A stretch of 64,000 nucleotides of DNA, taken from the IMG/VR virus record IMGVR_UViG_3300044614_001923. One strand, given 5' to 3'. Shown piece after piece: positions 1-4,867 of this stretch. Both the position numbers and the translations under genes were made by a program. Below the pieces are notes generated by a model, which was given only the letters and a program-made list of their open reading frames with translations, searched no databases and was not told the origin of the DNA. The stretch's first letter is position 1, and the number at the start of each line of letters is the position of its first letter. Source of the DNA: a virus (Duplodnaviria; Caudoviricetes).

Positions 1-189
1 GGCAATATCTTGAGAAGTAAGAACATTTCTTTGTTCTTTCTGTGTAGAGTTTACCATAATTACTCTACTTAAGTCAAGAGCTGAAACACTATCACCCTTT
101 ACAGTCATCATATTGTGACAACCACAAACCTGAATTTTATTCGTACTGGTCAACTCTTTGTTACAATCTTTACATCTTACTATAATCAT
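1..189 (-). CDS. Conserved cyanophage hypothetical protein with CxxC...CxC motif; runs off the left window edge
   Basis: Manual translation from ATG at 189: MIIVRCKDCNKELTSTNKIQVCGCHNMMTVKGDSVSALDLSRVIMVN...; open to position 1. Confidence 0.7.
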   Translation of the reverse strand, partial: MIIVRCKDCNKELTSTNKIQVCGCHNMMTVKGDSVSALDLSRVIMVNSTQKEQRNVLTSQDIA

Positions 190-204
190 GATTCATAAAT
201 CCTA

Positions 205-639
205 TCATTGTGTAAACGATCTTAACATCCAAATAAATTTACCGTGCGCTTCATTTAAATCATCAACAAGGTTTATAGTTCCTTTTGATTTATTTGACTC
301 TGCTTCATCTGATACTTGAGTCAAAAGTTCTACAATTTTCTGATGACCTTCTAATAGATCACGAATCATTCCCATAGTATCTAGCCCACTATTTGTCTCA
401 GTAATATGAGAAACTTCAGTAATTCTAGAAAGAGTTGGAACTGGTTTTACATTCAAAAATCTCATATGTTCAGTGATTCGATCTACCTCATCAAACATTG
501 CTTCATATTGTTCGCCAAACAAATCATGAAATTGTTTGAAATCTTCTCCAACTACATTCCAATGATATACCCAAGTCTTTTGAAAAAGTACAAAAAGACT
601 TGCTTGAGTGTCGGAAAGTAATTTATATAGTGTTTCCAT
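205..639 (-). CDS. dps: Dps / ferritin-like DNA-protecting protein
   Basis: HWNVVGEDFKQFHDLFGEQY...DRITEH ferroxidase-centre signature; 144 aa. Confidence 0.92.
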   Translation of the reverse strand: METLYKLLSDTQASLFVLFQKTWVYHWNVVGEDFKQFHDLFGEQYEAMFDEVDRITEHMRFLNVKPVPTLSRITEVSHITETNSGLDTMGMIRDLLEGHQKIVELLTQVSDEAESNKSKGTINLVDDLNEAHGKFIWMLRSFTQ

Positions 640-654
640 TATACTTTTTTCAAG

Positions 655-662
655 TATTTATA
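655..662 (-). promoter_or_regulatory. T4-type late promoter TATAAATA upstream of dps
   Basis: Exact TATAAATA on the minus strand 16 nt upstream of the ATG. Confidence 0.7.
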
Positions 663-666
663 CAAG

Positions 667-738
667 TGGGCGATACTGGATTCGAACCAGTGACCATCTC
701 CGTGTAAAGGAGGCACTCTACCGCTGAGTTAATCGCCC
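667..738 (-). tRNA. trnV: tRNA-Val(TAC)
   Basis: Cloverleaf GGGCGAT...ATCGCCC-A, anticodon loop TT-TAC-AC, T-loop TTCGAAT. Confidence 0.95.
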
Positions 739-741
739 ATG

Positions 742-813
742 CCCTCTGTCTAGGAATCGAACCCAGTTTCCATGTGTGTTATCCACCCGTCCTTACCAAT
801 AGACTACCAGAGG
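742..813 (-). tRNA. Degenerate tRNA-like element; best-fit anticodon AAC (Val), possibly a pseudo-tRNA
   Basis: CCTCTGG/ACAGAGG acceptor (one mismatch), D-arm GTCT..GGAC, T-arm CTGGG-TTCGATT-CCTAG; anticodon stem only about 3 bp around AT-AAC-AC. Confidence 0.55.
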
Positions 814-814
814 G

Positions 815-998
815 AAAGGTGATGAGTGGCCATCACCAGCAGAAGACACTTTCTGCGAGAGAAAACACCAAACCTTATTTTTCCTGTTCTCAGGAAGGCA
901 CCCAGATCAATGGGGTGGGAGACCTTGCAAGGGTTTATACCTCCAAAGTTTGTCCAGCATTTTCAATTTGAAAGAACCAGACATTTCTAGTCCTTCCA
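815..998 (-). ncRNA. Multi-hairpin structured RNA between tRNAs; candidate manA-type RNA motif
   Basis: Four perfect stems (GGTGATG/CATCACC, GCAGAA/TTCTGC, TTCCTG/CAGGAA, CACCC/GGGTG) plus GGAG/CTCC in about 185 nt; manA RNAs are known next to cyanophage tRNAs; family identity not verified. Confidence 0.5.
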
Positions 999-999
999 A

Positions 1000-1071
1000 C
1001 TCCACAACCTGGATTCGAACCAGGGACCAAGTGATTAACAGTCACCGACTCTACCGCTGAGCTATTGTGGA
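1000..1071 (-). tRNA. trnN: tRNA-Asn(GTT)
   Basis: TCCACAA/TTGTGGA-G, loop CT-GTT-AA. Confidence 0.95.
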
Positions 1072-1079
1072 ATGTTATA

Positions 1080-1283
1080 CTACTTAGAACTTACAAAATC
1101 ATTAATCGTTTCTGCTTGCTTAAGAACATCCCGTAGAGTTGGAAACTCTGGATAATCCATCTTCACAGTATTTGAAGAATTTGCATTCCAATAACGAGCA
1201 GTATCCGTTTCAATACTGAACTGATCATTTAGCATATTATATGCTTGCTTGAATATTTCAAAACGAAGTTCGTAAGGTGACAT
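1080..1283 (-). CDS. Conserved cyanophage hypothetical protein (MSPYELRFEIFKQA...)
   Basis: 67-aa ORF with GGAG RBS upstream; fills the gap between tRNAs. Confidence 0.7.
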   Translation of the reverse strand: MSPYELRFEIFKQAYNMLNDQFSIETDTARYWNANSSNTVKMDYPEFPTLRDVLKQAETINDFVSSK

Positions 1284-1328
1284 TTATTTACTCCTGTGTG
1301 TTTGTGTGTATGGAGATTAGTCTCCAAG

Positions 1329-1400
1329 AGCGGAATAGGGGATTCGAACCCCTGACGTTCAGCTTGGAAGGCTGACATTCTACCGCTGAATTAATTCCGC
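1329..1400 (-). tRNA. trnG: tRNA-Gly(TCC)
   Basis: GCGGAAT/ATTCCGC-T, loop CT-TCC-AA. Confidence 0.95.
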
Positions 1401-1485
1401 ATAGTCCTCTTGATTTGTGCTTCTATGAGAGGCATAAGAGGAGTAGGACTTACATGAAGTTTGGACCTTCACTGCCAATGATAAT

Positions 1486-1514
1486 ATTGTAACCTATGAT
1501 TGATCCCTTGTCAA
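1486..1514 (-). promoter_or_regulatory. Sigma70-like promoter TTGACA-N17-TACAAT
   Basis: Consensus -35 box, 17-nt spacer; upstream of tRNA-Gly. Confidence 0.8.
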
Positions 1515-1990
1515 GCCCCTTCACCAAATATAAATTCTTTCCATTCATGAACTCTACTTTTTTCAAGATCTAACATTACGCGACTAAAAGGTGCTTTTGG
1601 TTCACACTTTAGTTTCATATTAGTATCTTTTAAAGACTTATTGCCCTTTTTAACATTACATGTCATACAACATGCAACTAAGTTATCCCAGGTATCCTTT
1701 CCGCCTTTTGATCTTGGAATCACATGGTCTATTGTAAGATCATTTTTTGTTCCACAATACTGACATTCATGATCATCTCTTTTATATATCAAGGCACGAG
1801 ATGGATAAGTTTCCTTTTCGTTCATGAAAGGAAGTTTTACATAATTTACTAATTTAATTATTCTTTTTGAAATAATTTTTGCCTTTTCTTTAAAACAAAG
1901 AACTACGGCTCTTTTCCAATTTGTAAAGTGAAGAGGTTCATATGAACTATTGAGAACCAATATTGTTGAATAAGGTTCTATGTATTCCAT
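1511..1990 (-). CDS. HNH endonuclease inside the tRNA array
   Basis: RDDHECQYCG...LTIDHVIPRSKGGKDTWDNLVACCMTCNVKKGN HNH motif; ATG at 1990 preferred over GTG at 1999. Confidence 0.92.
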   Translation of the reverse strand: MEYIEPYSTILVLNSSYEPLHFTNWKRAVVLCFKEKAKIISKRIIKLVNYVKLPFMNEKETYPSRALIYKRDDHECQYCGTKNDLTIDHVIPRSKGGKDTWDNLVACCMTCNVKKGNKSLKDTNMKLKCEPKAPFSRVMLDLEKSRVHEWKEFIFGEGA

Positions 1991-2030
1991 ACTAAACACC
2001 TATACATTTGTTATTTAGATTTTAATTATA

Positions 2031-2102
2031 CACCCTGAGGAGGATTTGAACCACCGTCTTATTCGTTCGTAGCGAAGCACTCTTCCACTGAGTTATCAGG
2101 GC
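2031..2102 (-). tRNA. trnR: tRNA-Arg(ACG)
   Basis: GCCCTGA/TCAGGGT-G, loop CT-ACG-AA; one mismatch each in the anticodon and T stems. Confidence 0.88.
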
Positions 2103-2107
2103 GTAGG

Positions 2108-2179
2108 CGAAGGATGAGGGACTTGAACCCCCACTAGCGGTTTTGGAGACCACCGTGCTACCAATTACACCAATCCAAC
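2108..2179 (-). tRNA. trnW: tRNA-Trp(CCA)
   Basis: Loop CT-CCA-AA, typical Trp D-arm GTGT-AATTGGTA-GCAC; two U.U mismatches in the acceptor stem. Confidence 0.85.
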
Positions 2180-2183
2180 ATAG

Positions 2184-2257
2184 TATCCATGAGAGGACTC
2201 GAACCTCCAACAAATAAATCCTTAGTCTATTGCCTCTTCCAATTGGGCTACATGGAT
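2184..2257 (-). tRNA. trnL: tRNA-Leu(AAG), short variable arm
   Basis: ATCCATG/CATGGAT-A, stem ATAGA/TTTAT with loop CT-AAG-GA, 5-nt variable region. Confidence 0.8.
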
Positions 2258-2260
2258 ATA

Positions 2261-2331
2261 CTGGGTGACTAGGACTCGAACCTAGATAAACGCCTTCAAA
2301 GGGCGGTGTCCTACCATTAGACGATCTCCCA
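2261..2331 (-). tRNA. trnQ: tRNA-Gln(TTG)
   Basis: TGGGAGA/TCACCCA-G (A.A mismatch), loop CT-TTG-AA. Confidence 0.9.
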
Positions 2332-2403
2332 AGCCCTCAATTGGATTTGAACCAACGACCTACTCATTACTAGTGAGTTGCTCTACCACTGAGCTATAAG
2401 GGC
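2332..2403 (-). tRNA. trnT: tRNA-Thr(AGT)
   Basis: Fully paired cloverleaf GCCCTTA/TGAGGGC-T, ACTCA-CT-AGT-AA-TGAGT. Confidence 0.92.
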
Positions 2404-2405
2404 GG

Positions 2406-2476
2406 GGTGCCGTATGGGAATTGAACCCATCTAGTCGGTTCCACAAACCGATGCCTTACCACTAGGCTAACGACAC
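2406..2476 (-). tRNA. trnH: tRNA-His(GTG)
   Basis: GTGTCGT/ACGGCAC-C, loop TT-GTG-GA, C73; the encoded -1 base is T. Confidence 0.93.
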
Positions 2477-2477
2477 A

Positions 2478-2549
2478 AGGCAGTGGGTAGAATTGAACTA
2501 CCGACATAGAGGGTATGAATCTCTTGTTCTACCACTGAACTACACTGCC
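2478..2549 (-). tRNA. trnM: tRNA with CAT anticodon (elongator Met most likely; Ile2 not excluded)
   Basis: GGCAGTG/CACTGCC-T with a paired 1-72 (not initiator type), loop TT-CAT-AC. Confidence 0.85.
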
Positions 2550-2552
2550 AAA

Positions 2553-2639
2553 CGGAAGATGTTGGATTCGAACCAACGGAAGGATTACTCCTTCGACGGT
2601 TTAGCAAACCGTTGCTTTAGACCTCTCAGCCAATCTTCC
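2553..2639 (-). tRNA. trnS: tRNA-Ser(GCT)
   Basis: GGAAGAT/ATCTTCC-G, loop TT-GCT-AA, long variable arm. Confidence 0.95.
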
Positions 2640-2643
2640 AAGG

Positions 2644-2715
2644 TGGAACCGACAAGATTTGAACTTGTGACCGCTCGGTTATCAGCCGAGTGCTCTACCG
2701 CTGAGCTACGGTTCC
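2644..2715 (-). tRNA. trnI: tRNA-Ile(GAT)
   Basis: GGAACCG/CGGTTCC-A, loop CT-GAT-AA. Confidence 0.95.
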
Positions 2716-2719
2716 AAAG

Positions 2720-2791
2720 TATTCCTAACGGGATTCGAACCCGTGCTGCCACCTTGAAAGGGTGGTGACCTAACCGCTAGTCGATAGGAAC
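2720..2791 (-). tRNA. trnE: tRNA-Glu(TTC)
   Basis: GTTCCTA/TAGGAAT-A, loop CT-TTC-AA. Confidence 0.95.
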
Positions 2792-2795
2792 TTGA

Positions 2796-2838
2796 TGCTA
2801 CAACCGCCAAGGAGGAACACTCCACAGGCAGCGTAGCA
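2796..2838 (-). ncRNA. Small GC-rich hairpin element between tRNA-Glu and tRNA-Asp
   Basis: Nested stems TGCTAC/GTAGCA, GCTGCC/GGCGGT, GGAG/CTCC. Confidence 0.4.
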
Positions 2839-2839
2839 A

Positions 2840-2911
2840 CGACCCTAACGAGATTTGAACTCGTGATACCACCGTGACAGGGTGGCGTGATAACCGCTTC
2901 ACTATAGGGTC
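2840..2911 (-). tRNA. trnD: tRNA-Asp(GTC)
   Basis: GACCCTA/TAGGGTC-G, loop CT-GTC-AC. Confidence 0.95.
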
Positions 2912-2915
2912 AAGG

Positions 2916-2997
2916 TGGGAGGAACAGGATTTGAACCTGTGAAGGCAGAGCCGTCTGATTTACAGTCAGATTCCTTTAACCACTCGGAAATCCTCCC
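2916..2997 (-). tRNA. trnY: tRNA-Tyr(GTA)
   Basis: GGGAGGA/TCCTCCC-A, loop CT-GTA-AA, long variable arm. Confidence 0.95.
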
Positions 2998-3001
2998 ACG
3001 A

Positions 3002-3074
3002 TGGGTCTGGTCGGACTCGAACCGACGACTTACAGGTTAAAAGCCCGCTACTCTACCAACTGAGTTACAGACCC
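3002..3074 (-). tRNA. trnK: tRNA-Lys(TTT)
   Basis: GGGTCTG/CAGACCC-A, loop CT-TTT-AA. Confidence 0.95.
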
Positions 3075-3131
3075 AAATAATATAGGATAAATATTCAGTT
3101 GTCTAGGTTCTGGTCTCTTGACCACTTGATT

Positions 3132-3189
3132 ACAATACCACCGTTTGATCTCTGGGGGGGAGGTTGGTGGACGCTTAGGAAACTGTCAC
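3132..3189 (-). promoter_or_regulatory. Palindrome-type promoter: GTGACAGTT-N4-AAGCGTCCAC, 29 nt upstream of a TATTGT -10-like box
   Basis: Same architecture at 34449-34507 and 37576-37632; no TTGACA box. Confidence 0.5.
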
Positions 3190-3196
3190 AGACAAC

Positions 3197-3230
3197 AAAA
3201 AAGGGGAGAGAAACTAAAAGTTTCCTCCCC
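3197..3230 (-). terminator. Rho-independent terminator after the 28-aa ORF
   Basis: GGGGAGGAAACT-TTT-AGTTTCTCTCCCC followed by TTTTTT. Confidence 0.8.
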
Positions 3231-3257
3231 TGTCTTTTTGCTTTTATGGATTACATC

Positions 3258-3344
3258 TTACATATGTTTTTCCATATTCGCAAACAGGGGAGTGCCCTCA
3301 ATATGCCAATAGCGGCAATCAAGAGTACTAATCTGTTTGTTCAT
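3258..3344 (-). CDS. 28-aa micro-ORF MNKQISTLDCRYWHIEGTPLFANMEKHM (not in the ORF track)
   Basis: Manual translation; own late promoter at 3378-3385 and terminator at 3197-3230. Confidence 0.6.
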   Translation of the reverse strand: MNKQISTLDCRYWHIEGTPLFANMEKHM

Positions 3345-3377
3345 TTGGAAAGACATTGTTTTCGACCTAAGTATGTT

Positions 3378-3385
3378 TATTTATA
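3378..3385 (-). promoter_or_regulatory. Late promoter TATAAATA
   Basis: Exact T4 late consensus. Confidence 0.7.
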
Positions 3386-3407
3386 AGACTTTTCAATAAA
3401 AAGTCAA

Positions 3408-3481
3408 CGACTCAAGTAGGACTCGAACCTACGACCGACTGCTTAGAAGGCAGTTGCTCTATCCATCTGAGCTATTGAGTC
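3408..3481 (-). tRNA. trnR: tRNA-Arg(TCT)
   Basis: GACTCAA/TTGAGTC-G, loop CT-TCT-AA. Confidence 0.95.
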
Positions 3482-3489
3482 ATGAGACA

Positions 3490-3518
3490 ATTTTATCCGA
3501 TATGAATTCAATTGTCAA
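3490..3518 (-). promoter_or_regulatory. Sigma70-like promoter TTGACA-N17-TAAAAT
   Basis: Consensus boxes directly upstream of tRNA-Arg(TCT). Confidence 0.8.
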
Positions 3519-3519
3519 G

Positions 3520-3602
3520 TAGGACGAGAGGGACTTGAACCCTCACAGGCAATGCCCGACAGATTTTAAGTCTGGTGTGTCTACCAATTCCACCACCGTC
3601 CC
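3520..3602 (-). tRNA. trnL: tRNA-Leu(TAA)
   Basis: GGGACGG/TCGTCCT-A, loop CT-TAA-AA, long variable arm, no intron. Confidence 0.95.
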
Positions 3603-3628
3603 GCAAAATATACCTCTTAGAGAGGTAA

Positions 3629-3721
3629 TAGGAGTGGAGGGACTCGAACCCCCAACCGCACGGTAATCTGCCGTATACGGAAGGTATAAGCTTCCCGCTC
3701 TGCCAATTGAGCTACACTCCC
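3629..3721 (-). tRNA. trnI: tRNA-Ile(TAT) with a 25-nt variable arm (93 nt)
   Basis: GGGAGTG/CACTCCT-A, GGAAG-CT-TAT-AC-CTTCC, variable region GTATACGGCAGATTACCGTGCGGTT. Confidence 0.85.
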
Positions 3722-3735
3722 TTGTGTACTGACCA

Positions 3736-3765
3736 ATAATACCATTTAATTGGATTGATTGTCAA
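3736..3765 (-). promoter_or_regulatory. Sigma70-like promoter TTGACA-N18-TATTAT with extended -10 TG
   Basis: Upstream of tRNA-Ile(TAT). Confidence 0.75.
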
Positions 3766-3808
3766 GTGTTAAGTCTCGGAGATCTCTGAAACCAACTTAA
3801 TAAGAATA

Positions 3809-4243
3809 TCACTTTTTGGGGCAGTTGTCAACCCATGGAGAACAGAGTCTCATTTCTCCTCCAAGTTTTTTACACTCTTCAGTGTAGCATAAAGAATTAT
3901 CAATTGGTTTCTCTATGTATGTAGGTGAAGGTACTTTAACTATTCCACTATCTCCAGTTAAACGTTCATAATCTCTGATTGCTTTATCAACTTCCAATTC
4001 TACTCTAGATTCAATTTCTTTTTCTATATCTTTAGGTTTTGGTATTTCTTGTGTCAATCCAAAGTGTTGGATAATAGCATTATATATTTTCCATAACTGT
4101 TTTTCATCCATTTTTAACCATCCAGATAAACCAGATATTAACAATAAGATTACAGAAGAAATAATAAATCCCTTCACATATTTTGGACTTAATGTTGGCA
4201 ATACTTTTAATTTACCTTCTTTAACTTCAAATAATTTAAACAT
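3809..4243 (-). CDS. Conserved cyanophage membrane protein (one TM helix, C-terminal Cys motif)
   Basis: FIISSVILLLISGLSGW hydrophobic segment; LCYTEECKKLGGEMRLCSPW; ATG at 4243 overlaps the upstream stop. Confidence 0.75.
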   Translation of the reverse strand: MFKLFEVKEGKLKVLPTLSPKYVKGFIISSVILLLISGLSGWLKMDEKQLWKIYNAIIQHFGLTQEIPKPKDIEKEIESRVELEVDKAIRDYERLTGDSGIVKVPSPTYIEKPIDNSLCYTEECKKLGGEMRLCSPWVDNCPKK

Positions 4244-4545
4244 TATTGATTCTCCCAAAAATCTTCTAGTGCTTTATCTATCAGATCATCTGGTGGAGTA
4301 TAATTTTGTTTATCTCTTAGTTTCTTAGTATCAAAAGTTAAAATTGGAGTAATAGTTCCATCATTTTCAACTCTAACCTTTGCACCAAATGCATTTCCTT
4401 TTGGTTGAATGTTTAGAGTATTTGCAGATTCTAATGAAACTTCTATTTTATCGTTACTTGCTTTTAAATAACCTGCTTTTGCAAGAAGATCAACTGCATC
4501 TTTTTCTGAATCGGGAAGATTATCTATTCCCATGATATTGTCCAA
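4243..4545 (-). CDS. Hypothetical protein
   Basis: 100-aa ORF with an ATAAATA late promoter at about 4558-4564. Confidence 0.7.
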   Translation of the reverse strand: MDNIMGIDNLPDSEKDAVDLLAKAGYLKASNDKIEVSLESANTLNIQPKGNAFGAKVRVENDGTITPILTFDTKKLRDKQNYTPPDDLIDKALEDFWENQ

Positions 4546-4615
4546 TGGATCTTTATATATTTATTTCTAAGATCTTTAAAGCTTCTTATAACTTATCTTC
4601 AACCCTAACAAAGGT

Positions 4616-4644
4616 ATTTTAATTAGATATTATAGGTCTGTCAA
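4616..4644 (-). promoter_or_regulatory. Sigma70-like promoter TTGACA-N17-TAAAAT
   Basis: Consensus boxes. Confidence 0.7.
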
Positions 4645-4687
4645 GCAGATTAAGGTCATAAGGACCAACGGAGACCAAATATCAGAT

Positions 4688-4750
4688 ACGCTCTAAGACC
4701 TCTCAGAGACGCTCTGAGGGCACTCTGAGGCGCTGTGAGAGGGTTGCTAC
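4688..4750. repeat. Imperfect short tandem repeats of (AC)GCTCTGAGG type
   Basis: acgctctaagacc / acgctctgaggg / cactctgagg / cgctgtgagaggg within about 60 nt. Confidence 0.5.
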
Positions 4751-4806
4751 GATATCAGTTTTATAGGGATTATCTACTTCTTCTTACCAAATTTAAAATT
4801 AAACAT

Positions 4807-4838
4807 AAAAAAAGAGGAGTAGCAACCGCTCTCCTCTA
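4807..4838 (-). terminator. Rho-independent terminator downstream of the muramidase gene
   Basis: AGAGGAG/CTCCTCT stem followed by a T7 tract on the minus strand. Confidence 0.8.
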
Positions 4839-4867
4839 TTTATTATTCAGTTGTATATTCTATTGTA

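Noticed and set aside
2022-3386. ORFs 774-971, 2022-2213, 2493-2768 and 3099-3386
   Set aside because: They overlap tRNA genes, structured RNA or regulatory elements; translations are not protein-like.
3611-3627. Palindrome TACCTCT-TAG-AGAGGTA between tRNA-Leu(TAA) and tRNA-Ile(TAT)
   Set aside because: Short spacer hairpin without a U tract; too little evidence for a function.
667-3721. Possible CRISPR array, suggested by recurring GGATTCGAACC-like strings
   Set aside because: These are tRNA T-arm sequences; there is no constant repeat-spacer periodicity and no cas genes.
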